A stretch of 63,837 nt of DNA, filler included, from Olpidium bornovanus S191 (lineage: Eukaryota; Fungi; Olpidiomycota), in NCBI GenBank assembly GCA_017911155.1. It is 26 parts of 26 records of this genome, joined end to end, with 100 filler letters (N's around TTAATTAATTAA, not from the genome) between each part and the next. Parts side by side here need not be neighbours in the genome. Positions count along the whole stretch, not along the records: positions 11,348 to 14,067 come from JAEFCI010010043.1; positions 14,168 to 16,243 come from JAEFCI010009873.1; positions 16,344 to 18,850 come from JAEFCI010004462.1; positions 18,951 to 21,438 come from JAEFCI010011020.1; positions 21,539 to 24,283 come from JAEFCI010001635.1; positions 24,384 to 26,392 come from JAEFCI010005379.1; 20 more parts are not named here. One strand, written 5' to 3'. How positions within the stretch are numbered: the stretch's first letter is position 1; each line of letters opens with the position of its first letter. The notes below the pieces were generated by a model. It saw only the letters and a program-made list of their open reading frames with translations, was not told the origin of the DNA and searched no databases. The position numbers and the translations under genes are program-made. Shown piece after piece: positions 12,266-25,143 of this stretch.

Positions 12266-14067
12266 CCCCGCCTCACTGGGCGCACTGCGGTGCCCATGGT
12301 CACTCTAAATCTACGCTAGTGCCTCAATTCTACCTCAACGCCCTGAGATCTCGGCGGTTTGGCGTTTGGCCTCCATCTCGCGTCCTCTCTCCTCAGGGGC
12401 AGTCTCCAACGGCGTTTACCCCAACTATCTCCTTGAACTTTGCGAACTTCACTTTGTCCAGAGGTTCGGGGAAACGTATCTGCAGGATTCTTGACTGACG
12501 CAACCCTTTCGACGGCAATCTCCTTGTCAACAACGCATTGACGGAGATGGTGGTACCATATATCAATGTGCTTGAACCTTTTCGACGTTTTGTCGTTCCC
12601 TGCCAGCTCTATGGCGCCGTTGTTATCGATGTACGTTTTGGCCGCCTCCTTGATGGTTTCATCGATCTCCATCATAATTGATCGGATCCACCGTACCTCT
12701 TGTGCCGCCATCGATCCTGATACGAATTCCGCTTCGCAGGAGGACGTCGTCGCCATGCACTTCTGCCTTGCCGACCGCCGTGATATTGGAAATCCGTTAT
12801 AGACGATCACCATTCCCGAAGTCGACGCTCTGGTCTGGTGACACCCAGCCCAGCCTGCGTCGCAGTAAGCAGCAAGTTCGCTGGTTGCATCGTGTGGTTT
12901 GAATTGGATCCAGTGTTCCATGGTGCCCCGTATGTATCGGAGCGTCCTCTTCACCGTGCCCCAGTGACGATCAGTCGGTGTGGCCATGAAACGGGCCAGG
13001 AATGCCGCGGCAAAGGCGAGGTCCGGTCTTGTCATGGTGGACAACCGGTCTTGACATAGTGGCCATCCACATGATTGATCCCACGGCCTCTGCGTAGCGT
13101 TCCTTATTCCTGGCTTCGCTTGCGACGGTGAATGCCTCGACCGGCGTACTGACCGGTTTTGCTTCCATCAGGGCCGAACTTTGTCAGGACTTGTTCAGCA
13201 TAATGTCGCTGATCCATTGTGAGGACCCCGCCTTATTTCGTCCTTTGTACGCGAATCCCCAAGATGAATGATAGGTCCCCTCCTTCAGACATCTTGAACT
13301 TCTTTTCTACGCTCTTCTCGAATCGGGCAATGATTTCCTCATCCGGGCCTGTGAGCAGCAGATCATCAACGTACACAACGATTATGAGTTGCACTTGACC
13401 TTGATCCCCCTTGAGCACGTATCACGCGTGGCTCGCTTGAGAGTGGCTTCAGTCCGAGTTGGATCAGCTCATGATGGAGCCTTTGGTTCCAAACGCGACC
13501 GCACTGTTTGAGCCCGTACAGTGCCCTGATGAGCTTGCATACGTGGTTGCCGGTCTGGAACCCTTCCGTAAAACTCGATGTAGAGGTCGATGTCAAGCTT
13601 TCCATGGAGGTATGCCAGGACCACGTCCATCTGGCGCATGATCCACCGCACGATCCACTGGTTCCTTGTGGCGACGGCGATGATGGTCCGAAGCGTCGTC
13701 GCTGAAACCACAGGCAAGAATGTGTCCTGGAAGTCAATGCCTTTGGTTTGCGAGAAGCCCTTGGCCACAAACCTTGCACGATACTTGTATATCGTCCCGT
13801 CAAAATTCATCTTGCGCTTGAATACCCACTTCCATTGAAGTACCTATCCTTCCTTCGGTCTCGGGACTAGTTTCCAGCTGGAAAGCTGGTCAACGTGTCT
13901 ATCTCGGTTCGCATTGCCGCTCGCCAATGGTTGGCCTCTGGTCCTGTCATGGCGCAGATTAGCGGTAATTTGCGTTTTGTATGCGTGAATGTCACATCGA
14001 TGTCGTCGATCGGACCGAGCAGAACGTTCCACGGTAAAACAGCGTCGCAGCCGTAGACGAGGAAGAA
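12266..14067 (-). mobile_element. Degenerate Ty1/copia pol (RT + RNase H) with frameshifts
   Basis: KYRARFVAKGFSQTKGIDF, QMDVVLAYLHG, KLIRALYGLKQ, VYVDDLLL, then RNase H AYCDAGWAG..SSCEAEF..IDNNGAI..KHIDIWYH, spread over several frames. Confidence 0.95.
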
Positions 14068-14167
14068 NNNNNNNNNNNNNNNNNNNNNNNNNNNNNNNNN
14101 NNNNNNNNNNNTTAATTAATTAANNNNNNNNNNNNNNNNNNNNNNNNNNNNNNNNNNNNNNNNNNNN

Positions 14168-14741
14168 CATGATTTCAAAGATGAAGGGCTTAATGAACCC
14201 TGTCGCCGATAATGGCGAAGACTGCGATTTTCCAGGGAATTCTGGAGCGCCAAAAAAAAGAGTCTATCGTCGTGCAGCGGAGTGTGCAAGTTGTCTGACG
14301 GTGTATAAAACGGGCGTCCGAGCAGAAGGGCGGTGTATATGCTCCTTCCGAAATGCGCGGGTATGCAGCGGATCACGCAGCGGGCCAGCCGGTAACACCT
14401 CATATCAAGCTTCCCAGGGGGAACGCCCTGGGCACCGAGAGCAGCGCCCGCGCAGCGGCACCGCAGTTATTCGAGTCTGGGTCTGGTGCGCGTAGCTCCG
14501 GGAAGTCGTAGCTGTTTAACAGCAGCGCCATCTGCTCCTCGCCGGACGAGCCGACGGCGCCGCCGCCGGACCGGTCGGCGGCGGCATCGCCGTTCAGCCG
14601 CCGGAAGTTCCTCCAAAGGAAGAAGGACGACTGGGGGTTTGGAACGCCGGGCCTCAGCTGCAAGGCAGTCGGGGGGGCCGCGGCCGTTGAGGAAGAAGCG
14701 AAGTGGACAGCTGTCGGGGCGGACGGCGCGTCGGCGGCCAT
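14168..14741 (-). CDS. Hypothetical spliced gene fragment
   Basis: ATG at 14741 (MAADAPSAPT..FFLWRNFRRL..LLNSYDFPELR) and a possible downstream exon after a TTTTTTGGCGCTCCAG acceptor (FPGKSQSSPLSATGFIKPFIFEIM) running to the contig end. Family not recognised. Confidence 0.25.
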
Positions 14742-16456
14742 TGCGGGATTGCTGTCGCTCCTATCGGTTGGGATAATCGGGCAGAACATCGATGAGAACG
14801 AGAACACGGCGACCCCCCCCCCCCCCCCCCCCCACACACACATCCCTTCCAGGCCCCGCCCCGCTGAGACCGCTTTCGCCGGGATCGGGATGGGCGGAGG
14901 AACCTCGCGGAAGTTCTCGCCCAGATCTGGGATTCCGAGCTCTATTTTGTTTCTGCCCCCTGCCCCCCGCCACACTCCGCCTTCCAGGCGGGCGCTCTCA
15001 GCCTACTTACATGGTCGCGGTACCCCCAAGAGGGGAGGGACTGAACCGCCTCCTTTCCCGCTCGTCGCTGGTTCCCCTGCAAGCAGGGCCGGCTTGGTCT
15101 GCCGCGCAGCTGCCGACAGGGGTCGTTAAACAAAGCCTGCGCAGGGGCCACTCGATCTTCCCCGGCGCGGGGTAATGGGCCCGGAGTGCGGGGAAGCTTC
15201 GGTGGATAGAGAATGCGCACAAACGAACCGAACGAAAAAGAAAAGAAAAGATTAATCCAAAGTGTTCGGTTTTCGCGAGCACAGCGTATAGCTGCAGTAC
15301 GCACACGGTGGTGCACCCTGACCTCACCCTGGTTTCACCTCTGACGCTGACAATTAACCTCTATACACTAACGCTAACCTCAGGGGTCGGAGCGGGGAGA
15401 GAGGGGTGGGCATACTCAGCGCTTAGTTATAGCCTCGGTGGACAAGGAGACCAGAAATTACCAGGTATATAAGAATATCTCGGGGTGGGAAGGGGAAGAG
15501 ACCTTTTGTAGTTTTCTTTATCAGATAACAAAAAAAATCAGAACTATCTTGCTCTCTCTGAGCTGACAGCTCAGGAGGCAGACGCTGACGGCGGTTCGCG
15601 GTCCGGAAGTTGCCGTCTTTTTTTAGCAATAAGAATTACCGCTCGTCCTGGTTTGATACGCGTACGCGTCCCATGGAGTGCCGGTGGGACCGTCACGTTA
15701 TCTGCTGTGGGGCGCCGGGCTCTACACCGCCCTCCGTCCTGCGATTGCGCGCATCGCATCTGCGTTGAAATATAGTAAAAAGGGCTGCAGAAAGATGTCG
15801 CGAGAATTAGATGTAATGGCGTCAGTAGAAAAGGATGACGAGAGAGAAACAATCTGAGATAAGAGGGCTATGTTGTTTCGCAGCCTGCGCCGGGTGCAAC
15901 GTCACTCGGGGGGGGGGGGGGGGGGGCCCGGGGGGGGGGGGGGGGGGGGGGGGGGTAACCCGGGTACGCAACCACTCAATAATTATGCTATGCGGATCTC
16001 ATTTATATAGGCCCGTTTTGACAATCCGTTCCTTGAACCAAACCACAGGGGTCAACTTGGAGAAGGCGCCGGCAGTGTTCTCGGCCGACTCAACGCGCGC
16101 GGCGGTGGCCTTGCCTCTAGTGCATGAAATCCCCCGTGAGCAAAGCCTTTTATCTCCGTGCACCGCGTTCGCTTTGTTCAGCATCCCGGCAGGTATGATT
16201 ACGCGAGCGCCGTTACAATTGTCGATCAGCTAGCAGCGTCGGCNNNNNNNNNNNNNNNNNNNNNNNNNNNNNNNNNNNNNNNNNNNNTTAATTAATTAAN
16301 NNNNNNNNNNNNNNNNNNNNNNNNNNNNNNNNNNNNNNNNNNNACCGCGGGTCGACGGGGGTCCGCAGAATAAAACCGACATTCAGAAGAGCTTTTCCTC
16401 AGCGGCCCCGGCTCGCCACTTTGACTCATTTTTTCTCTGTCGCCTCGCTGCTTGCT

Positions 16457-18445
16457 TCATGACGCCGCACCTTTGCTGGCAGATCTCCGCATCGCCTTGG
16501 CCAGCAAAAGCGCCTTTTTGCGCTTGGCCATAGCCGTTTTGGATATCAGGCGGTTACCTTCTTCGTCGAACTCTGGGACGTTCTCGGGGTTCATGGGAAG
16601 AGCGTGAGCAAAGTAGTTATCCATCGCTTTCTCGTCGACGTCGTCAATCGTGAACGCGCCAAAGGTGCCACGACGGTAATCGCGCAGGAAGAACTGAGCA
16701 GCCCCGTGGAAGTTGTATACCCCGCCCTTGCACAGCATGTGGAGCCGCTTCGCGACTCCTGTCAGCAGTTCTTGAATGCTGTCCGTGGGGCCAGGGAGGT
16801 TGTAACGCTGCACATAGGAAAAATTGTTCCGGACGTTCATCGCGTACAGCAAATAGTCCGACATGAGCTCCTCGTCGGCAAGGTGGTCATGAATTCCACC
16901 AGTAAGAGCAACTTTTAGCGCCCCGAGCGGGTCCGGGATATAAGGAATCATCACACCTAGATGTTCACAGCAATCGGGTCGGTAAGAACGACAACGGAAA
17001 TCGGCCGTTGCCGGACTGGGAGACAGGAAGCACCCACCTGGCGTGTCAATCACGAATATAGGGGGTTTTTCAAAAATATTGATGCGGTGATGCATTGAGG
17101 TCGTCACACCGGGAATAGGTGCGACTCTAAGAACATTTTCTGAGATAAAACGGCGCAAACAATAGCGGGTTAGGGCACGGAAATAACCAGCAATGCACAA
17201 GACAGGCTTCCGTCTCAGACAAGCAGGTGATTGAAAACACTAAGCGACTAGATTGGCATGCTCGCCTTTTTTTCCTGTCCCAACCCTGCGGAGGGCGTTA
17301 ATGAGCGATGATTTGCCGACGTTTGGCATCCCAACGACCATTATCGTGAAATGTGGATACAAGATTGGGTCCGCGAGCGCCTTCGCTAGGAAATACAATA
17401 AACACAATTGATGCCGGAACCCATCAGCGTTTGTCAACTTGACCACTATCGTTAAATTTCCCCTCCACGCACCTGCAGCGTAATGCAGGATTCCCCTCGC
17501 AGCATTGTCCCCTGGCCTCTTAAGTGATCCAAACATCACATTGGAACGTCCTTTCTTCATAAAACTCTCTTTTATTTTCTGCGCGGTGAAACGATATAAG
17601 CGATATAAAAATCTATCCTAACTCCTTAAGCCGTTCGCCACGACAGAAACTCTTCGGCGCACCTTCTGCAAACTCGCTTCCGCGAGGTCAGCCTTGTTGT
17701 ACAAGATAATGCGATCACGCAGCCCAATCGCCGCTTCAAATTCGGTGTTTATCGAAGCCAGCGGTATCCGCGCGTCCCTAACCTCGATGATGAGGTCTGC
17801 CTGCCCAGCTCTCTCGCGTATCATCCGCATCCCTTTAGCCATATGACCGGGAAACCTTCGGGCCATAAGCAACAGGCAAATGAGTGAGGGCCAGACGTCC
17901 GAACCCCATCGAGTGCCAAGATTTTCCCCCAGACGCCGTGAGTTCTTCCCGGACGGAAGTCCACGCCCCGAAACTGGCGTGACCGCACCCGGTTGACAAC
18001 GAGCACCTCGCTACGTCCCGGCATCCAACAAAAACATCGGCCACCGCAAAAGCGGAGGCCCAGAGCAAGGGTCGAATCCGCACCAGTTGATGGTTTTGAA
18101 ATTGTGCTCAAACGTCTTCCGCATGTTCGGCACTGTCACCGAAGAAGACTGACAAACGTTCGCCGCGGCGGCCGGCTCAGGACAAGGGCGTCGAGATACT
18201 ATCCGCGAGCATTCCTCCGGCGGGGCATCCGCCTCGGCGGGCGCGCTGGTCGCGTATCCGGCGCGAGTTCGTCTCGGCCTGGGCAAGCGAGCGGTGGACA
18301 GAGGCGCGGCGCCTGGGGCGCCGCACTTCGGCAGCGCAAGAAGCCGGTGTCCGGCTGCGCTTCGCCAGCTGCTGCCGCCGACCTCGCGAAATTCGGCTGT
18401 GCCGGCCGTTGCGGCCGCACGGACGCACGCCAGTGCGGGCCGCAT
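16457..18445 (-). CDS. MTG1: Mitochondrial ribosome-associated GTPase (circularly permuted, RbgA/YlqF family), multi-exon, apparently complete
   Basis: Arg/Ala-rich leader, then INW|FPGHMAKG, IEVRDARIPL, NKAD (G4), VGMPNVGKSSLIN (G1), PGVTT, DTPG (G3), LKVALTG and AAQFFLRDYRRG. Confidence 0.93.
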
Positions 18446-20468
18446 ATGAGCTACCTTCTTCGCGACGGGCGAGACGAGCGGCGGAGCGGCGCGAGGGCAG
18501 CCAACAAGCAGCGTTGCGTCGAAAACGGACGTTGAGGAGGACGTTTGCGGCGGCTTCTTTTGGGGCGCGGGCGCGCGGACGCCGACGGTGACGGTCGATT
18601 TTCCGGTGCAGCGCCTACTCGATTTTGTTACATGCGCAAATTGAAAATTGGACGAGGGGAAGAACGCTGTTGCATGACGTGCCCCCTGATCGAGGAGAAT
18701 ATCAAGTGGAGTTGGAACCCCGGCATCTGCATGGGAAAAGTCAAATCGAACCTCAAAATTTAGACGTCAAATTTCAAGTACTGTGCATATGGAGCGATTT
18801 TATAATCGCTGTCAAATCCCGCTGTCTGATCAAATCACATAATCTGACAANNNNNNNNNNNNNNNNNNNNNNNNNNNNNNNNNNNNNNNNNNNNTTAATT
18901 AATTAANNNNNNNNNNNNNNNNNNNNNNNNNNNNNNNNNNNNNNNNNNNNAGGGATGCGCCTCAGGAGTCTGACCTTTCAGCCTCTCCTACTGCCTCTCG
19001 CGCGCTGTCGGGCAATTAATGCCCTGGGAAAATTATGCGCTTGGTGCATTGGGAGGCCCCGCCCCCCCCCCCCCTCCCCCCCCCCCCACCCCCCCCCCCG
19101 CCCCCCCCCCCCCTTCGCCCAATCACCTCACGCAAAACAGCGCGCTTCCGGGCGGCCCTTCCGACAAATCTTGCCGCAACGGGAAACGAGGTTTTCCCCC
19201 CTGCGCGTCATTCGTTCGGGGACACGCGCTCGGGTGCCAAAAAAAAAGAAAAGATGCAGGATGGGACGGCGGGGAGGGGGTGGGGGCCGATTGGGGGGAT
19301 AAGGGCGAGGGGGGGGGAAGAGGGGGAAGGGGAGGGGGGGTTGAGAATGCGGAGCCCGGCGCTGTGCTCGGGGCGCCCGGAACAAACAGGTCGTCAAATT
19401 TCAGGGCAGCATCACCACACACCGTTCCACCACCACCCCCGCCCCTTCTTCCCCTGGCATCTCGGGATTTCGCGCGCCGCGTCTCTTTCTCCGAGCAACG
19501 GGGGGAAAAGGGGTGGTTGCCGCGCGCGTTGCGGGGCGCCGCCCTCTCCTCTTTGCCCGTCTCCGCGGCACTCCGTTCGTCCGGCGGCCTTGGGGAACGG
19601 GGCGGTCACCGGGGGGAGGAGAGGGGACGACCTCAAGTTGTGCCCCAGCAATGAACCGCAGGCGGTTCAAGTCGGGCGAGGCGCCCGCGATGCGCTTCGT
19701 TCCGCGCAACTCGCGGTCCGCCGCCAAAAAAAAAAAAAAAAATTACCGGCATCCCGAATCCCGGCGCCCGAGCCTGTCGTGCTCCGAACCCTGCAGATTC
19801 CAAACCACACTCGGGCAATTCAAAAAACCGTCGGGGTTTTTTGGGCGTACGCCGACGCCCGTTTTGACGTGGCGGTTTTTTGGGACGTATGTTGACGCCC
19901 GTTTGACGTGACCGGTGATTTTTTTTTTTGGATTGGGGGGGGGGAGGGGTGTGTGTGTGGGGGGGTTGTTTACTGTGGTCCTTGGCATCCCAACGCGCCG
20001 AAAAAAACCCAGCGCGAGTTCCCCGATCCCAGGACTGAAAGAAGAAAAACGCCCAACGATTGGGAGGGTGCGGCGCTATCAAGACGCGCGAATAGGGTTT
20101 CAGGAACTTCTTCCCACCTACCCCCCCTTCTTCCAGAGGGATCAAGTCGGTGGCAGACAGACGCCTGCGCGTTGCGAGCAGCGGCGAGGGGTAATAACAT
20201 CGCAGTACTTTTTTTTTTTTTTTTTTACCGATTTACAGATTTCTTTTTTACACGTTTCAACCCTATTTTTGATAAAAGCGGTGGATGACGGGAGGCTTGA
20301 GTGCCGGGTGAGGAAGGCGGGAGATTGGACATAAAAGAAGCTGTCGTGATCTATTCCATTTATTTGACGTCATCAAAGTTTCGATTTCCCCGCTCCTAGC
20401 AGGGCTTAAGTCGATCTCTCCCGCCTCTTTGGTCAGGTCGTAGGTTAGCGGCAACGGCAAATTGGCGG

Positions 20469-21438
20469 CTACGGCACAGGCCGGTCTAACTGGGAGTTTA
20501 GCAACGTGACCAGCTCCAGTAGCACCCCCTCCCTGGCAGTTATCCTCGCCTCCAGGGCGGAGCAATAGTCCGCCAGCTCGCCCGTGTTCGGCGCCCCGGC
20601 GTTTTTGGCCGCACTCAACGACCGTCTGGCGTTGGCCTGTTCGAAATATTCGTTCTGCAAGGTCGAAGTGATCAATTGCAGCATCGGTGCGGCATATTTG
20701 TATAACATCTGGAAGTTGTTAAGGATTACGTCTTGGGCCTCGACGATCCACGCGGCCAAGGTCGAAACCTGCTTTTGCTGGTACTCGACGCTGCAGATTA
20801 CTGGACGCGAAACGACGAAAAGAGACAGCGGAAATCCCGTTGACTTTCTTGGTTTCGAGAGAGAGGGGGGGATGCGTGGAAAGGAACTGGATCGCCGCAT
20901 CCCCCTCTGACTCACCGTCCCAGCGTACGGTGGCCGGGGACTCGTTTTCTGAGCAGCCAGGCTGATCCGTTCGATCGGCGTTGGCAGGAACGACGGCACT
21001 GTGAACGGGTTGGTAGGATTGCGAGGTCGGCAGCGTCTCCCAGTTGGAGCGGCTTGCCTGATCCAAGCAGGCTAACCGGCTCCCCCCGGTGCCGCCGGAC
21101 CCTGAGTCTCGATCGGCGTCGGCAGAAACGACGGCATTGTGAACGGGTTGGTAGGCTGGCGAGGTCGGCAGCGTCTCCCAGTTGAAGCAGCTTGCCTGAT
21201 TCGAGCACGGGCTCCGGTTCCCTCCGGTACCGCCGGAACGTGGATTGCTCTGGTATCCGTCGTCCTCGGAATCGGAAAGTATAATCAGTCCGTTGGGAGA
21301 CCAGCCGGACCGATTACCTGGTGTTAATGGAAAGCCTCTCCGGTTCCCTCCGGTACCGCCGGAACGTGGATTGCTCTGGTATCCGTCGTCCTCGGAATCG
21401 GAAAGTATAATCAGTCCGTTGGGAGACCAGCCGGACCG
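20469..21438 (-). CDS. Hypothetical protein with two pairs of internal repeats and a helical C-terminus (5' truncated)
   Basis: The frame is open from the contig edge at 21438. A phase-1 GTGAGT..CAG intron (~20915-20798) joins it to VICSVEYQQKQ..LEARITAREGVLLELVTLL, with the stop at 20469. Confidence 0.5.
20983..21438. repeat. Two adjacent tandem duplications (138-bp and 126-bp periods)
   Basis: AACTGGGAGACGCTGCCGACC (minus strand) recurs 138 nt apart with some substitutions. CGGTCCGGCTGG..GGGAACCGG recurs 126 nt apart, identical. Both periods are multiples of 3. Confidence 0.9.
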
Positions 21439-21538
21439 NNNNNNNNNNNNNNNNNNNNNNNNNNNNNNNNNNNNNNNNNNNNTTAATTAATTAANNNNNN
21501 NNNNNNNNNNNNNNNNNNNNNNNNNNNNNNNNNNNNNN

Positions 21539-23813
21539 ACATGCCCTCTTTCTTGCTGACGTAATTTGCTTCAACAATAGTCGCAAACACTGGGAAGCCG
21601 TTCTTTGTGTTGAGGGATGCATCAAAATTGTTGCGATAAACGCCGGTGATCTCCTAATCAAAGGCAATGCAAACAGATTTTAGCAGGCGTGTGTCGTAAA
21701 CGCATACTGTTGGCGAGTTCAGAAGAATTATCGATACTAGATGTCTTACCACTTCTTCTCCTGGCTTGGCCGAGTCAATTAGATCCCATAGGAGAATGAC
21801 CTCACGATGCCGGGGAAGGCGGCCGGCTGGAACGCTACCGGGGCTCTCCTGCAGGGTCATCCTCTGATAGTTGCGATAAATAGTCTGAATGTCGCAGAGG
21901 GAACAATCCTCAAAATTAACACGCCGCTCCGATAGACATATCCAATAAGTGGAACCCCCACCATCGCCGTTAGTGTCAGCCAGCTCAAGTTTATTCGCGT
22001 GTTACCTGTTCCGAGTTGACGGTAAATGGTCCCCGAGATTGGCAATTCGGGCAGTTGCCGACTTTAATCTCGTGCTGGGCGTCCTGAAAGAAAGGCCCAA
22101 GGATACTTCCGCACTTAAGACAATCGTACTTGACGTATTTGAGTTGCGGGAACACCCCTGATCGGCGCGTCACCACGCCGCAGATCCTGACCAGGCAGTT
22201 CAGTTGATTCTGACTTATTTCCGCGTTACGCCGATTCACGATTTGCAAGGATTTTCATCGCGTTTGAGCGCTCCTAAACGCGGTGGGTTTGTCGCAATTT
22301 ATCAAACAAGGGTTCCGGAACCTTACCGAAGATCTCGCAGGCTAGTGATAATTGGTAGGTCGGTGATGCGGACGTGAATGGACGAATGGATTTGCTCGTA
22401 CTCGGGAAACGACATAAGGACGACCTCGATGGCAACTTCGTCGAAAATTTTAAGCATTTCTGCAGGGCTGTTTCCGAGGAAAAGCGCGAGGATGCCTTTG
22501 GCTTCTGAAAGGTGAACATAGCTAATCTCCAGACTCTCCAGATTGGCTGCAACGCAAAAAAAAAAAAAAAAATGAGCACGGACGAGGTTACAGCACGTGA
22601 TGGACCGGTGAATACCGTCCTTGTTCCTCCACACACCTTCGCCGAGATGCCTCACGCGGTCACCGTAGACGGACGTGCCGTTGTTGTCCACGTACTCAAG
22701 GAGGAACTTTTTGAACTCACGCCGGATTGCCTGACGAGGTCCCTCCATTGTGATCCACTCTGTGATTGACTTTCCTTTCATGTCCTCGAGGTCTTCGAGA
22801 GGCAGTTCCTGCGTGAACAACGTTTATGTCATCAATGCGCAGTCCAGTGACAGGGCAAGCGGCTCGCCAACATTGGAACCCCGTACTTCCACTCCGTCTT
22901 CCATGTCATCGATATCCACGTCGCGACGTCGCCGACGCCGAGCGCTGGGCATCTCATCTTCGTCGTCATCTGAGGCAATGTTATAGCCGGATATAGCATT
23001 TAGTACCATCTGACGGTGGGTGCCGCCATAGCGGTACCAAGAAAATTGCAAGGTGCGGGGATTCGCTGTACAAATTTACCGTCGTCTAAAAAAGCGGCAG
23101 GCAGGCGACCTTCGCGGCGGGCGGTTTCTTTATCGCGACGCCTGAGTTTTGCCTCAACCGCCATCCTGTCCGCCACGTCCATTGCCTCGTACTCTTCGTC
23201 ATCAATGTCTCCTCCTTCATACACGTCCTTGTCCGGGTTTTCGCGGTAATCCCTGTTCCAGACGATACGGCGTAGGGCCACTTGTTAATTTGGGGTGTCC
23301 ACTTTGGCCGACCGGCGCATCGGACAGCAATCCGTCCCGTCCACAGGCAACTGTCCTCTGCTCACTTTAGCAACGTGGGCCCAAAGAGGTCCTCTCCACC
23401 CTCGTCCTCCAGATCCTCAGGGTCATCCTCGATAACGTTCTCCTCCACGACCTCATCGTCGTCGAAACCTTCAAGGCTGGACGGAGGGAGAGGCGGGCTC
23501 ACGTCGTCACCACTGCTGAACCCAACGCGGGCCGGAGAGGTGGTGGGACCCGCGGCCGATACCCGGGCGGGAGACGACTCTCTCGGTCGCTTTCTGTCAG
23601 CCTTGTCCCGAAACAGTTTTGGACCAAGTGCCGCCGGGAGTGCGCAAAAAAAAAAGAAAAAGAAAAAGAAAAAGAACAGCCGTTTTAGCTGAGGGAATGG
23701 GGAGACAAACTGCTAGTCAAGCCGTGACAGAATGCGCCGAGCTCGCTCTTCTGCAGTTTGGCGCCCCAGTGCCCTTTCAGGTCCAGCAAACGCAAAACGC
23801 GTGGCCTTACCAT
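21539..23813 (-). CDS. MCM2: DNA replication licensing factor MCM2, 5' half (3' truncated at contig edge)
   Basis: [65 protein letters not shown], Zn finger [30 protein letters not shown] and [10 protein letters not shown] across about 8 exons. Confidence 0.96.
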
Positions 23814-24383
23814 ACTTTCAGAATTGCGCGGGCTCCTCGCTGCGCTTCGCAATGCTCAACGGAACGCGTCCACAGCGTATCCCGTCGTTTCGCGCCGGAA
23901 ACGTTCTGCGCACAGTTATTCGGCGGTCGCGAAAATTACCGCAGCGCGTTCTCGGCGGAGGAGGGCGGGGAGGAAGAGGGGGCGTTGGGTTGGTCGGGAG
24001 CCGGGCGGCGGCGGGGCAAGCGTGGCGGCGCTAAACGGTTCCGGGAAAAAAAAAAAAACGACAAAAAAATTGAAAAAAAAATCCAAAAAAAAAAAGAAAA
24101 AAGGGCTCCCGCTTCCCCGCAGATTTCCCAGAATCTCCCTCGAACCACTCGGGCCTAAACTCTGGAAGCGGGCGTCTCCTGGTTGGGGAGGCCCTTCGTG
24201 CCCTATTCCTCTGGCCAAGTGCTCACCATAGCAGCGAAGCAACGCGTCGTTGCGCAACAAATGTTGTTCTACGTGTGACCATGNNNNNNNNNNNNNNNNN
24301 NNNNNNNNNNNNNNNNNNNNNNNNNNNTTAATTAATTAANNNNNNNNNNNNNNNNNNNNNNNNNNNNNNNNNNNNNNNNNNNN

Positions 24384-25143
24384 CATGTGAAACGGGGGAC
24401 GCTGCCCCGGGTTGCAGCTGCAGCTACTTGTTACCATTCTCGTCCAGCTGTTCGTCGTATTCTGAAATCCCGCGTTGAAGATCAAGGTAATCTGGAACCT
24501 GAGTGCAACAAGGAAAAGTTTATCGTTCGTCACCAATGACCAGCGAAGCCCTAATGAAACTACACACAGATATGCAACAACTCGAGTTAGAGGCATACCT
24601 CCGACTCCTCCTCGGTCGTGGGCGCGGCTATGGGCGAGGTGGCATACTCGCTCGGAACAGGATTCTTTCGCGACGACAAATGAGCCCCCCAGCCAGCCGC
24701 GTCAGTTGCCCCCCTCGTCGAGCCCCACGACAGAACACCCGCTGAACCCACCTCCGTCTCCAGGACGAAGAAAGCCTCCCCGGCGTCGCCGACTTTCATA
24801 TTGAGATCCACAGGCCTGCCGTTTATTGCGACCTCGACCTACGCCACGAGACGGAACGGAGGTCGGCCGCGCTGACGGCCGACGGGGAAACACGGCTGGA
24901 AAGCCGACACTTGCGTCGACGCGCGCGGAAGCGTCTCCCGCAATACACGCCCAGCACACGCACCCGCTTATCCTGCGGGCGCAGGATCTGGAGTTTCCCA
25001 AAGCGAACGTGAAAGGGGGAGCATCGATAGGTCCCGTCCGGCAACTGGACGACGATGATGTCGATGGCGCCCGATAAGGTGGCAGGGTTGATTTCTTTAT
25101 AGAACTCGGTGACGGTGGAGAACACCTTTCCCACGTACTGCAT
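24384..25143 (-). CDS. PAH1: Lipin phosphatidate phosphatase, N-LIP domain (3' truncated)
   Basis: [50 protein letters not shown], then the next exons [31 protein letters not shown] and PDYLDL. Confidence 0.94.

Noticed and set aside
15330-15385. CTAAC/ACCCTG-like words as a telomeric repeat
   Set aside because: They are too few and too irregular to form an array.
18951-20330. Many overlapping ORFs in both orientations
   Set aside because: The sequence is homopolymer-rich and of low quality, and the translations have no protein-like features.
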